The notes: generated by a model not told the origin, from the letters alone. Counted from the first letter of the stretch, positions 38,149-51,080 are shown. The stretch is DNA of 64,000 bases from Vermamoeba vermiformis (GCA_045837725.1 JBEWZL010000166.1:186001-250000); one strand, 5' to 3'. A program made the numbers and translations.

Positions 38149-40568
38149 TTATTTGTTGGGCTTCTTAGGGTACTGCTGCTTGTGACCGTGTTGCTTGTTA
38201 TTATGACCACCGTTCTTATTGAAGTGCTGCTGTGTCTTGTTCTTAATGGAGGCCACTAAGCTGCTCAATGGTCGTTCGCTCTGCTCAGCTGTTACATCCG
38301 TCGCGTGACTTTGTTGACGTTGTTTGGCTTTAACTTGATTGATTGCACTCACTGCACTAGTCTTCTTCGCTTGTGGATTGGTGGGATCAATAGCGAATCG
38401 CGGATCTGAAGTCAAGCGAGCGAATCTAGGATCCAGAGTGAAATCAGCGCTCTTGTCTTTATCAGCAGAGTGACTGCTCTTGTGCTTCTTATGCGGTCTC
38501 TCATCCTCATCGTGCTCAGTGTCGCTCTTGGTCTTGAGATCAGTGATCAGCAACTCCAATTCAGCCTCGCTCTGTTTATTCTCAGAATTGTCTGCTTTCT
38601 TCTTGTCTTTGCGCTTGTTCTTCTTCTTGCTCGCTGCTGCAACATGAGTATTGCTCTCGTCACTACAAACTGCACACTTACCCTTAGCAGGTGCTGCGTC
38701 CTCGGCGTTGTGATCACCAAACGGATCTGCCTCGTCGTACTCGCGCTCAGACTCCTCTTCTTCCTCCTCTCGCTTGCGCTTGCGGTGTTCACGCTTCTTC
38801 TCGCGACGCTTGTCCAAATACTGCTCCCACACTGTCTTGTCTTTGTCCTCTTCCGCGCGCTTCTTCTTCTCGAGCAGTTGTTCCGCGAGCTCGCTGAGTC
38901 CGCTGGTGAAGGTTACTTCCATGTCCATGTCCCCCTCGCTGCTGGCACTCTCTGCACCCTCGTCTTTGAAGCCACTCAGCAGGGCGGCGTAGCGTGCTCT
39001 GATCTTCTCTTTGTCGGTGGATTTGCTGGCGTGCAGTTAGTGACACGTGTCATTTGCAGATACATATCCCACGCTGCAAATATTGTCGCTTACCTCTCCT
39101 CATCACTCAGCTCCTCTTCGCTGCTCTCACTCGACGCGAGATAGGCGCTGAAGTCTGACTCCTTCACGCCGTAGCCCTTCTCATTCCTGTCACGTGCCAC
39201 GCGCCACACTTCGTTCATGACGCGCTGACGGTGCGGGTCTGTGCGGTCCCACGTGAGATCGATTTTCGTGTGTCCCACTGGCCCCGCACCGAATGTGGGT
39301 GGCTTGTAGTCAGCGGGCACATCGCTCGGCGTGGCAGATGAGGTCGGAGTGCGGTCCTCAAAGCTCTGGTCGTCGGGGATGTAGCGCAGATCCATGGCCT
39401 GTGAACTGCCTTCAATCTCCATGCCGTCCAGTGCCTCGTACAGCGCACGTGATGTGGCTAGGGAGTCGCAGATCACCACACCAAAGTAGTACCTAAGCAG
39501 TGTTATTATTAATAAGGGGCCATTGATTGTATCTGCGTGCTGTCGTACTTGAGTTTGGACAGCTCTCGCTTGCGCAGCTTGGGAATGCTGACTGCTTTTT
39601 TGCCTTTTTTGGACTCACTGCCCGATTTGGACACTGACTCCTCCTCGTGCTCACTCTCTTCACTGAACACATCGGGGCCTTGCTCCTGTTCACGTGCCAT
39701 TTGTTCGAGACCGAGATTGGACGGATAAATGTGCACGTGCAGGATGGAACCCTGACTCGGCACGAAGGACTGGCACACTGCCAGCAGATCCACTGCGCGC
39801 ATGTAGTCCCAGTCGCAGTTCAGCACGGCCAGGCGCTTGGTCTCGTCGCCCAGCGGAATATCTTCTTCGGGCTCGTCCTCCGCACTCTCTGCCAGGGCCT
39901 CATCATCGTCATCGGAGCTCTCCGAACTGCTGCTGGCATCACTGTCGCGCGGCACAGTCAACAGCCCAATGCGACCCTCTTCGCGCAGCTCCTCGTCCTC
40001 GTCGTCCAGTGCCTCTTCAGCGCTCTGATGCACGGACACCTCGTCTTCGGGCACCTCAGCCTCGTCCTCAGCGCGGTGCTCGTCCTCGAGTGCGTAGAAC
40101 TTCTTCAACTGACTCGCTTGATCGGTGCTCGCTCCTCGGCCATAGCGATCGATGTTTGCTGGCAAGAGGACGTCAGTTCTGATCTGGATCGCGGTTTGGA
40201 TCGGGGTGTTGAATATAATAGAAAAATAGGGCAAAAAATGACAGTAAATAAGTTATGAATATTCAGGTGTAAATTAACAAATTCGAGTGGCGATCTGCAT
40301 CAGATCTCTGATCGCAGACTGACTTACTGAAGTCGTTGAAGTTCTTGTCAGTGAACATGCGACTGAAACGATTGTCTATCTTCACCTTAGTCTCATTTTT
40401 GGGCAGCTTTTGAAAGCGCGGATCGAAGTGCAGTTTGGAGAAACGATCGTCCTTGATCGGCTGTTCATCGTCTTGACGGGGCTTGTTCTTGCCCTTAACA
40501 ACTTGCTTATTATTGCCGTTGTTATTGGGCCTTTTATTATTGTTATTGTTCTTATTCCTGTTGTTCAT
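38149..40568 (-). CDS. ESF1: Pre-rRNA processing factor ESF1 (NUC153 domain)
   Basis: DDRFSKLHFDPRF, TKRLAVLNCDWD, DLRYIPD, LTWD, MEVTFTSGL, DPRFAIDPTNP. Confidence 0.95.
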
Positions 40569-40784
40569 CACTGCGCTGTAAATTCAATTGTTTGATCTGC
40601 ACAGCTAACGCTACCAGAGCGCACCTCTCCATATTCACTGCGATTACTCGTCCTTTTATCAATAGTACAGTAGTACCGTGGTATTAATCGCTCGCGTCAC
40701 TTGGACATACTTAATATCAAGCCGAAAATCAATCAGAAAAAATATTTGTCAAAAAATAATATAATTATTATTCCTAACAACAAG

Positions 40785-41684
40785 ATGTGGACTTGGCTCA
40801 TCCTATTCACCCTCACATACATGGCTGTGAGTGCAGTACTGACCCGCATCTGGTCCCAGCGCACCCCCGCGCTGCACGCAGGCAGTCCAGTACACGTGGT
40901 GCTGGTGGCTGCGCACCCCGATGACGAGGCCATGTTCTTCAGTCCCGCCATTCTCGCGCTCAAACTGCAATATGGTCCGCGACTCAAGCTGCATCTGTGC
41001 TGTCTCAGTGCAGGATATCTCAGTCCTGCGCAGCTGGCACGTGGCTACGATCGCGTGCGTGAACTGCGCGTGAGTGTGCGTGCCCTGGTCGAGGACTGGC
41101 ACGACGTGCACGTGGGGCATCAGATCGACGATCACAGTGCCGTGTGGCAGCCAGTCAAAGTGGCCTACGAACTGGCCCAAGCACTGCGTCACGTGACTGT
41201 GCACGTGCTGCTCACATTTGACCGGCAAGGTGCCAGTCAGCATCGTCATCACGTGACTGTGCATCGCGCCTGTCAACTGCTGCGCGCTGCTCTTCAACCA
41301 GGGCACGCCGAGGACCCTGAAGCGGAACAATTGCGTGCGCTGCTGGAGACTGGTGGCATTAATTTTCCGCCGCAGTGGCAACACGTGAGCTATTTTCAGC
41401 TCCGCAGCGTGTCATTGCCTTATAAGGTACGTGCAGCCGTTGAAGCGTTCACTGAACTAAACTCCTCACAGTACTTGGCGTGGCTCGCAGTGCCGTGGTT
41501 GCGGGTCATTTGCCAGGGCCCAGAGTTCAACAGCTCTACCAGGGCTCCACAACTGCTGCTGAGTCCCGCACCGAGTGTCACGTGGCAGGCGATGCGACTG
41601 CACCAGTCCCAATTCGTGTGGTTCAGAGTGCTGTACCTCACTGCTGCCTCGTACGTCTACTACAATGTGCTCGTGCCACTCTGA
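40785..41684 (+). CDS. PIGL: GlcNAc-PI de-N-acetylase (PIG-L)
   Basis: N-terminal TM, AHPDDEAMFFSP, TFD..G.SQH..H, AMRLHQSQFVWFR. Confidence 0.92.
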   Translation: MWTWLILFTLTYMAVSAVLTRIWSQRTPALHAGSPVHVVLVAAHPDDEAMFFSPAILALKLQYGPRLKLHLCCLSAGYLSPAQLARGYDRVRELRVSVRALVEDWHDVHVGHQIDDHSAVWQPVKVAYELAQALRHVTVHVLLTFDRQGASQHRHHVTVHRACQLLRAALQPGHAEDPEAEQLRALLETGGINFPPQWQHVSYFQLRSVSLPYKVRAAVEAFTELNSSQYLAWLAVPWLRVICQGPEFNSSTRAPQLLLSPAPSVTWQAMRLHQSQFVWFRVLYLTAASYVYYNVLVPL

Positions 41685-41767
41685 GGGCTATTTTTAGAAC
41701 TGTCATTTATTGTTGACACGTGTCACTCAATTGCTATGTACAGAAGGAGGGTGCGGAATAACTCGTC

Positions 41768-43676
41768 TTATTCCCAGAGCACGACTACACCATTGCGATC
41801 ACAGCTCGCGATCTGATGGCCGTTAGGGTGCCACGCTGTCGCGACCACTGTAGTCCTGTAAATAGCGTCAATAATAAACACACGCAGCTGCACTACACGT
41901 ACTTGTGTCCCTTCTTGAGAATGGACTCGAGCTTGCCAGTGGTGGTCTCCCAGATGAACACGAGGCCATCGATCGAGCCCGCAGCAATGTACTGGCCATC
42001 GGGACTGAAACAGGCACGCGCAAAGTTGACGCCACTGCGATAGCTGTCGTGTCTGTCGGGGTGGGTGAGTGACAGGTGTCAAAGTGAGTGCCGCACGACT
42101 TACTTGAATGTGACTACTTCCTCCCACGTGCGGTTGTCAATCAGCTTGAGTGTGTTGTCGCGACTGTTGGTCAGATAGGTCCTGCCGTCAGGGGCGAGTG
42201 TCACCGAAGTGATCTGCTGCGAGTGCAGGTTGTCCATGTCGCGGATGGGCTCGCCGTTCTTCATGTCCCAGATGCGCAGGTGCGAGTCCAAGTGCGCGGA
42301 GGCAATCATCGAGTTGTCGTACGAGAGTGCCACGCCATTCGCAGAGCTGAAGCAGAACAGCGTGCGAATGCAATAGCCCTTGGAGAGGTCCCACACCTTC
42401 AAGGTGCGGTCGTGCGAGGCAGTCACCACGCGCTGATTGTCAAACGAGAACAGTGCGTGCGACACCTTGCTGATGTGGCCAGTGAGCGAGTGTCGCAGTC
42501 GGTTCAGTCCGCCCGTGTATCGTCCACACGCGCGCTGCATTGTCGTTGCTCGCCGCGAGCACGTTGTCGTTGGGCGTGTTCCAGTCAAAGCACGCGCTGT
42601 TCACACTCTGCACGGCCCCGCTCAGCTGACTCTTGGCGCTGCCAGTGGGCACGTCCCAGAGCTTGACGAGCTTGTCCTGGCCTGCAGTGACGAGCATCAT
42701 GCCCGAGCTGTTGTAGCTGACGGAATTGCACTCGCCCTCGTGCGCGCTGATGGTCTTCTTGGCCTGCTTGGGGATGGTGACGTGTATCAGGCCACTGCCA
42801 CGGTCCAGCAGTGACTCGGTGAGCGGTCCTGAGGGCTGCGTGCCCTTGACAGCCTCGAGCAGCTGATTCTTCTTGTTCAGATCTGCAATTGTCTGGTACA
42901 ACTGACTCGCTTCGTCCATCTTCTTCGCGTCTTCAGCGGCACGCTTCATCCACCGATCCAACAGCTCCTTGTTCTCTTTCTCCACTTGCTTCACGCGCTC
43001 TTCAGCACGCACGAGCTCTACTTGCAGTGCTTGCAGCTCTTCTTTCAGGATCGTGATGGTCACATCCCGCTCTTTGAGTTCTTCGCGCGAGGACTGCAAA
43101 TTGTGCTCGAGATCGCTGATCTGTGCTCGCAGGTCCTCTATTACACGCAGCTTGTCTTCGTACTCCTCGCGACTCGTTTTCAATTGGCCGGTCAGATCGA
43201 GCAGACTCTTCGAGCTCTCTGAGATCTGTTTGTAGGCTTGGGCCAGCTCCTCTTGCAGCTTGAATATACGCTGATTGAGTTGCTGTTCTTGTTCTGGTGA
43301 GATGCCCATTTGCTGCTCTTGTTGGTACTTTTCCACTTGTTTGATCAGATCTTCATTGCGTCGCTTCAGCTCGTTGTTATCGCGCTGATATTTGATGCTG
43401 TCTTCACGCGCCTGTCGCTCTTTCAACAACAGCTTGTTGTCTGTAGTGCGAGAGTTAAAGGACCTTAACAACTGAAATTGAATGAATTTTTTAGTAATTT
43501 CGAAAATTAAAAATAATTATTCTTAAATAAGCTAATTAATCGAACGCCAATAATATGAGCTATTTAATATGTGACAGGATACTTTCGCTGATCAGATCTT
43601 GAAAGCCTTTCGTTTGGAGCTGATTGCGTCTTGTTAGCTGAGCGAATATGTCTTGTCGCCAATCGAACGCGCTCAT
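41768..43676 (-). CDS. ATG16: Autophagy protein ATG16 (coiled coil + WD40)
   Basis: WRQDIFAQL ATG5-binding helix, ENKELLDRWM, WD40 repeats (HDRTLKVWDL, NSRDNTLKLID); U12-like first intron; apparent extra base near 42520. Confidence 0.92.
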
Positions 43677-43909
43677 GGTTAGCGTTGAATAAGAACACTA
43701 TGGTATATTAATATAATATAATTGCAGCTGATACTAATGTCACTCGTAGCACTGAGAGCTGTGTCGATCGACTCTTTGACGCCTGTATTAATTACAACAC
43801 GCGCAGCGCAGCACCACACCTGCACGTGTAATTATAATACAGTACTAGCAGTATATATATATATCACCGTAGTATTATAAGCCCTATAATATTAGCAGAG
43901 CAATCACGA

Positions 43910-44497
43910 ATGAACAAAGATCTGGTGCAGAAGATTCCCTTGTTGACAGTCAATGCTGGTCCTCGCGATGGCGACAAGTGGATTAAGCGGTATTAATATA
44001 CATGTGAATTACTATGAATTATGCTATCGCTATTTACACCATTAATACACAGATTAGAAGAAGAATACAGCTCGCTGATCAAGGTACGTTGCTTTAACTT
44101 GCCGCTTAATGTGCTCACTAACACCACTTAGTACGTGCAAATCAACAAAGAGCACGACAATGACTGGTTCAGACTCGAATCCAACAACGAGGGCACGCGC
44201 TGGTTCGGTGAGTGCTGGTACATCCACGAGTACAAGCAGTACCGCTTTCAACTGCAGTTCGACATACCCGTCACCTATCCTACCACCGCACCGGAGCTCG
44301 AACTGCCGAGCTTGGACGGCAAGACAGTGAAGATGTACCGCGGCGGCAAGATCTGCTTGACCGAACACTTCTTTCCGCTCTGGGCGCGCAATGTGCCGCA
44401 CTTTGGCATCGCACACGCACTCGCACTCGGACTCGGACCGTGGCTCGCTGCTGAAGTGCCGCACTTGATTGCTGATGGCGTGCTCAAAGCTGAGTAG
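43910..44497 (+). CDS. UFC1: UFM1-conjugating enzyme
   Basis: [44 protein letters not shown]. Confidence 0.97.
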
Positions 44498-44653
44498 TGC
44501 CGCACTTGCCTTATTTAGTAAATACGACCCTTTTGTACAGAGACACGTGTCATCTAGCAGCTTATTGAGTGACACCTGTCAAACACCGCTCTGTGTTGAA
44601 TGTACAATTTTTCCGCAGGATTTATTCCGAGTGTTACGCTACACGTGTATTTC

Positions 44654-45691
44654 CTAATTTAGTAATTTGGCCACTTCATCGCGCAAGCTCTCGCTCTTGC
44701 GTTCAATGCCCTCGCCGCACTGCCAGTACGCGAAATCTACGACGGAAATTTCCTTGAGTCCCCAGGCCTTGGCGCGCTGCTGCAAGAGCTGCTGCACGGT
44801 GAGCGCGTCGTCGAAGAGATAGGACTGCGCGTAGAGGGGCTCAGCGTCCTCATCGAGGGGCATGCCACTCATCGACCCTGCTGGCACACTGCCACTGATG
44901 CCACGTGGTTTCATGCCGGCAATGTGCGTGGAGAGTGCGCGGACCAGTGCGCGCAAGTCAGCGAGGTGCGTGGTGACGTCACCAGTGATCTGCACGCGCA
45001 CCAGGGCCCCGGACTGACCCGCACCGAGCTCCAGACTGGTGGCACCGTGCTGCTGCTTGAGCTCTGCGGCACTCGCTGCGGCATTGTCGAAGGCACTGTG
45101 CACGTAACAGCCGAGCAGCGTGGTGGCACTGGTGGCACGCATCACTGTCACGCGACGCAGTTGACAGTTCTCTTTGGTGACACCGACCAGGGTCTGCAGC
45201 CACTCGCGTCCAGTCACGCCACTCCACTGCGCGTCCAACACGGCACTCACGGGCAGTGCACCCTCGCCCAGTGTGGGGTGCTGTGTGACGAGTGCGGTGA
45301 CGAGCTGCTGGCCCGTCTTCAAGAAGTCAGGTGTCTTGGCCACAAAGTCCGTCTCGCTGTTCAGTTCTAACAGCGCTGCGACATCGTTGCTGCCACGCTC
45401 CGCACCGCGCTGCAGGGCCACAAACACCCCTCCCTCTGCAGTGATGCGACTGCTCTTCTTGTCAGCGGTCTTCTTGGCTTGTTGCGCCAGCCACTCGACT
45501 GCTCGATCCAGATCGCCATTCGTCGCCACGAGAGCGTTCTTGCATTCCAACACACCTGCTTTAGTGCGCGCACGCAGTTCTTTGACGAGTTGAATAGGGA
45601 TCGCTGCTTCAGTCGATAAAGAGCGCACTTGCAGCAGAGGAGATGCAGATCTGAATCTCTTGGTGCTGTGTCGAATAAATGTTGCCAACAT
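44654..45691 (-). CDS. TSFM: Mitochondrial elongation factor Ts
   Basis: Presequence, LVKELRART, ECKNAL, ELNSETDFVA, GEGIE; single ORF. Confidence 0.95.
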   Translation of the reverse strand: MLATFIRHSTKRFRSASPLLQVRSLSTEAAIPIQLVKELRARTKAGVLECKNALVATNGDLDRAVEWLAQQAKKTADKKSSRITAEGGVFVALQRGAERGSNDVAALLELNSETDFVAKTPDFLKTGQQLVTALVTQHPTLGEGALPVSAVLDAQWSGVTGREWLQTLVGVTKENCQLRRVTVMRATSATTLLGCYVHSAFDNAAASAAELKQQHGATSLELGAGQSGALVRVQITGDVTTHLADLRALVRALSTHIAGMKPRGISGSVPAGSMSGMPLDEDAEPLYAQSYLFDDALTVQQLLQQRAKAWGLKEISVVDFAYWQCGEGIERKSESLRDEVAKLLN

Positions 45692-45880
45692 GTTTATCGG
45701 TAATGAATATGAATATTAAATTATTTATGCTAATAATCCTCCTATTCAGACGTGTTCGTGCAGGTCAGGGCTGAAGATAAAAATGACAAGCTGTGAAAAA
45801 ATTAATTTCCCAAACAGACGAACACAAACACAAACACAGCACAAGAACTGACATTAGGGCACGAGTATATATAGACCACT

Positions 45881-47009
45881 ATGCCACCTTCACGCCCCTC
45901 GAAAGATGAGATCAATTTCACGCGGCTGTTGCGTGCGTGCGAACAATTGGCTAACGAGGCCGATGGGGATCTGTTGAACAGCGCGCATTACACGCAATTC
46001 AAGCAGGTATATATATAGACATAGAGAGATATATATCTAGATATGCGATGTAATGTACTATTGTGTGGATAATATGGACAATATTGACATTGCATTAAAA
46101 ATAATAATAACATGTCTTTGCTGACGTCAGGGACAATAATTTACTTTATTTTAATAATAATCAACTGATTAAATATGTCCCTTAGTATTTAGATGATTTA
46201 AAGCGTCGTTTGGCTGGCTTAGAACGATTGCAAAAAGAAATGGATCCGAGGCAAGTCGTCACTGCTCATTATTAATAGTCATCATAGTAATAATAATATT
46301 GTGACTAGTCTTATTCTCGACAAGCACATTCAGCCCCCTACGCGCGAGACATTGAATGAATACAAGCGCAAATTAGACTATTTGAGCGAGTTGATAGATC
46401 CCCGTTTGGTACGTGGTGCTAAAAATAGACTTTTAACTCAATGACTGTCAGGCAACGAGAGACGACACGAGTTTGACTAATATGGTAGTGGCACACAATC
46501 CGCACTTGCGAGCAGATGAAAAGCGACTTGAAATTTCACTCCGATCACGTGCTCGTCGCAGTGCGCAGAACGAGATGCGCGCGAGATTGTTGAGCACGAG
46601 TGGTGAGCCGAGTGCACAGAGCAGTGCCGCAGACGAATCACGTGCCTCGCTGTTGAGCAGTGCGAGTTCGCAGAGCGGAGCAGATCCGATGGTCGAAGCA
46701 CTGCTGAGTCACCACCAGAGCTTGCAGGACCAGTACAGCGACGAACTCGTGCACATTGCTGCGCGCCTCAAACAGAACGCCAAGTCCGTGCAGACATTGT
46801 TGCACAGTGATCTGCAGAGCCTGGACAAGCTGAGCACGACGACCAACGCGAACTTGGATCGCGCTGATGCTGCTAACGGCTCGCTGCAGCAACTGATGCG
46901 CGTGGCGAGGGGCACCACTATGTCCACTTTATTGGTCCTAGTGGCAGCCACACTAGGCTTCGTGTTCATGTACATATTTATGAAGATTTTCTCCAAGCCG
47001 AGTCATTAG
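45881..47009 (+). CDS. USE1: Qc-SNARE USE1-like
   Basis: EINFTRLL N-terminus, HQSLQDQYSDELV SNARE motif, C-terminal TM. Confidence 0.85.
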
Positions 47010-47099
47010 CTAGGCCTGTAAATGTATTAAATGTAAATAGTTAAGAAAAGTTTGAATACAGCTGCTTCCTGAAGGATAATTGAAACTCGAAGTTGTGAA

Positions 47100-48800
47100 A
47101 GCATCATGAGAGATTTTGGACTAATGGTTACAGGATTAATTGCTGCCAGGGTTTAGTTGTACATCCAGGGTGAGGTCTGGATTGGTAGGTGTAGACGGGT
47201 GTCATTGCTGGGTGAGATGTCCAGCGTGGTGAAGGGAGGTCGTCTTGCTCAATTTAGCAGGACATCCGGATTTGGACAGGGCGTCCGCCATCACTAGGTT
47301 CTCATGGAATAAAAAGCTAATAGCGCCTAATTGTTGTGGATATCAATATTTTTGATGAGTTTGATGGTTTCCTTGCGGGCCAAGCTCTAGGGGAGGTCGT
47401 CTTGCCCAATTTGAGCAGGACGTCCTCCTAGGGATTGAGCTGAGGAAAGTTCCTCAGTTTTTGAAATCAAGCTCCAAATGTATCAAGTAACAGAGATTTT
47501 GATAGTTACAGCTTGCCATGACATATGAAATCGTTTGCACTATAGTGGGCAGAGTTCAATAGAAAGAATACACATGTGCCTTTGTTATGAGAAACTTCTC
47601 ATGCACTATATTCATTTCTCGGTACAGTTCTATGCAGAACTACATCCATAGGAGGATCGCTCAAATAGCACGCGATTTTTGGATAGGGTAAAACTGTTCT
47701 TTGTGCTGTAAACATATCCTGGTTGCGAATATATCTTGATAAAGATGCCACCTCTACATTCCTTAGCAGAAATATCCAACTTTCCAATGGTGGACGTCCT
47801 GTCCGGCAAAAATTGGACGTGTGCCACGGACCGCGCGTCCGCCGACCATACATCATATAGTATGAAGATTTTAATAAGATATCTATATGCCCTGTATATG
47901 ATTAAGCATATCCCCTCATTGTAAAAAGGTTTGCCACCATACTGGACAAAGTTACAACATAAAAAATATGGATGATGCAAAAAAATTTTCATAGCTAGGT
48001 GACAATGTATTGTATCCAAAGTTCAATGTTGCATAAAATACGCATAATTGTGTTGTACCATACATGTGCTGGAGGGTGGGTTCATACTTAATGCTGAAAA
48101 TTTACAATTTGCTGCCACTACAATATCTTTGATGATTACCTATATTTTCTTGTTAGATAGTGATAGATCTAGGAGTTTCCAAAGTTTCAATGGTATTGCA
48201 GCCAATAGAACAAAGTTCTAGTACATTAGTTCTTTGCAGAACAATGACATTTTCAGCCTCCAGCAGTATGCCCAAAGCCTCCTATGCCAACAGTGGTGCA
48301 TCTTAAGTCCGCTGGTACTAATGGCAAAGTTTGGTATAAGTTGGTCAATTACTAACATCAGCGAATGTCCACAGATGGATGAAAAATTTTTGGCAGACAA
48401 GTGATGTCCACCTAATGGTTTTTCTTTTTCCAAATCTGTCTCTTTTGCAAACAGGACGTGCGCTAGTATGTACAACAGACTGGCATTGTGCAGCATGAAG
48501 ACGATCTTCTTGATGTGTTCGAGCTTGTCGTGTGCACTTGCATCCACGCGTTGAATGCCTCGACAAGCAGCGACTGCAACTTCTAGCAACTTCTTAGCAA
48601 TTCCTGCACTATGGCAGGAAGTGTACAGTAGCATTCAGTAGGCAGAATCCGGTATGTTGTGCATGCCATTGAACGCATAATGCATGGTAAATTACTAAAT
48701 GTATGTTCATGCAGGTTTTGTGTAGTAGGAGGCTGACATCAACACTAACACTTGCGCCCAAGTATGAAAAGACTCCAAGAGAATGCATGATTGAAGGTTA
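47100..48800. mobile_element. Degenerate transposon-like relic
   Basis: Gene-free, CpG-poor island with internal repeats (47233-47267 vs 47391-47426) and a broken minus-strand ORF weakly reminiscent of KDZ transposases. Confidence 0.35.
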
Positions 48801-48825
48801 CGTGTATTTGGGCAGATCACATAGT

Positions 48826-51080
48826 TTATTTGTTCTCTTTGACAGGGGCCAGCTGTAAATTGTAGGCAAGCAACTCTTCATTAGTGAGTTCCCCAGGTGA
48901 GCCTGTCATCAATTCATTGCCTTTGTTAGACTTGGGGAAAGCAATGACGTCACGCAGAGAGGGGGCATTCAACATGATAGACAAGAGCCGGTCCAATCCC
49001 AGCGCAATACCTCCGTGCGGTGGAGCACCGTGCCCGAGAGCTGTGAGCAAGTGATTGAATTCATTGACTTTGCGCTCCGACAACAGCAACACATCTTTCA
49101 ACACCGTCAGCTGATCAGCAGCGCGATGAATTCGAATGGACCCCCCACCAATCTCCATGCCATTCAACACGAGGTCGTAGTGCTGGCCGCGGATCACAGG
49201 CAGTTTGTGAATGGCCTTTGGGTCCGTGCTGTGACCGCGCCACTGCTCTAACAGCGCGGCATCTTCGGGCACGGGGGCTGTGAATGGATGGTGCGTGGCC
49301 TTGACAACACCTGTGACACGTGTCAAAATGTCATTCGAGCGCAGAGGTTGACAGGTGTCACTTACCGTCCTCGAGTGTGAAGAGCGGGAAATCCACGACC
49401 CAAAAGAAGTGATAGGCGTGCTCGGGCAGTGTCAACAGTCCGCGCTTGATCAGCTCTTGGCTGCAGTGGACGCGCACTTTGCCGAGGTCCTGGAAATGAC
49501 ACGTGTCAATCGGTGATCTGTCACTAGTCGCTATAAATAGATCTTACATTGAGTGGATCATCACCCAGACCTGCGCTGAAGAACAGCAAATCTCCCTCTT
49601 GAGCGCCTATTTCCTTATTTAGTGCGCTCATCTCTGCGGCGGTCACGTGCTTTGTCAGGGAAGATTTCCACTGGCCGTCTGCCACCACGCGCACAGCTGT
49701 CACGTGCTCCACTCCGCGCTGCTTGATCTCCTCCATGACACGTGTCATTTGCGGCCCTAAATGAGGTATACGCAGTGCGCGCACAGTGCCACCATCGACC
49801 AGGGCAGAGCGGAACAATTCAGCGCGCGTGTCTCGCAAGAGGTGCGTAACATTGCACAACTGCAGCTCGTAGCGCGTGTCGGGCTTGTCACTGCCATATT
49901 TGTCCAAACACTCGCGGTACGTCACGCGCTTGAACGGCAGAGTGAGTTCTATATTTAGAAACTTGCGCCAGAGCACTCGAACGAGGTGTTCAATGACGTC
50001 CTGCACCGTCTTGGCATCAGCGAATGCGAGTTCGAGATCGACTTGCGTGAATTCCGGTTGACGGTCAGCGCGCAGATCTTCGTCGCGGTAACAGCGCGCG
50101 AGTTGAAAGTAGCGCTCAAAGCCACTCATCATCAGCAGCTGTTTGTACTGTTGCGGTGATTGCACCAAGCTGTAGAATCGTCCGCGCTCACGCGTGGGCA
50201 CAATGTACTCGCGCGCCCCCTCGCTGGTGGTGCGGAACAGAGTGGGGGTCTCGATCTCAAAAAATCCGCGCTCAATCAGTGTCTCGCGAATAGTCTGCAC
50301 TACTCGACTGCGCGTGCGTATGTTGTGCTGCATCTGTGGTCGTCGCAGATCTAAATAGCGGTACTTCAAGCGCGTCTCCTCATTGAGCAGCTCTTTGATA
50401 TTCATGCTGAAGGGCAGTTCCGTGCTCTCATTCAGCACTTGCAGCTGTTCTGCAACGACTTCAATAGCTCCAGTAGTCATATCTTTGTTCGTTTGTCCTG
50501 TTGGTCGCTCATGTACCACTCCCGTCACGCTCACTGTGGATTCAAGCGGCAGATCGCTGATCCTCTTTAATGTGTCGCTGTCTGCATCAACAAATGAACA
50601 ACGCTGCGCTATATCCACACGATACACTACCTTCGATCGGTATTTCCAGCTTGACTTGAGTACTGCCTTGCCCGTCGCGCAACACTGAGATGCGGTTCAG
50701 TTTCTGTGGACTCAAACTGCAGAATACATACCGATAAATACCAACACGTGCGTGTGATCACCATCGCGCTGCTTCTTATTTACATTGGTTAATATGCGTT
50801 TGGCCTCGATCCAGCCCCCCAGCACGACACGCTGGCCAGTGTGCTGCGCAGTGAGTGTCCCGCAGCTGTGTGTGGGCAGTGAGAAGGCGTAGGACTTGGC
50901 TGCTGCGTGCACGAGATGCAAAGCACGCTGTTGACACTGTGGCCAGTGCGAGGGCGCAGTGCGGTGTGGAGTGACGTGTTTGCGACCAGTGCGCGGTGCA
51001 CACCACAGCGCGGCTCTCGGTGCACGTGCGAGGACTGTGCGCGAGTGACGCAGTGCAGTGTGGAGCAGTCGTGGTAGCAT
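48826..51080 (-). CDS. DARS2: Mitochondrial aspartyl-tRNA synthetase
   Basis: THSCG, RLKYRYLDLRR, QSPQQYKQLLM, RCYRDEDLRADRQPEFTQVDLE, GGGSIRIH, PPHGGIALGLDR. Confidence 0.97.

Noticed and set aside
41768-44497. ATG16-UFC1 adjacency as a functional ubiquitin-like cluster
   Set aside because: Neighbouring head-to-head pairs in this window are functionally unrelated, so adjacency alone is not evidence.
47599-48019. ORFs of 62-129 aa in the CpG-poor island
   Set aside because: No domain similarity or splice structure recognised.
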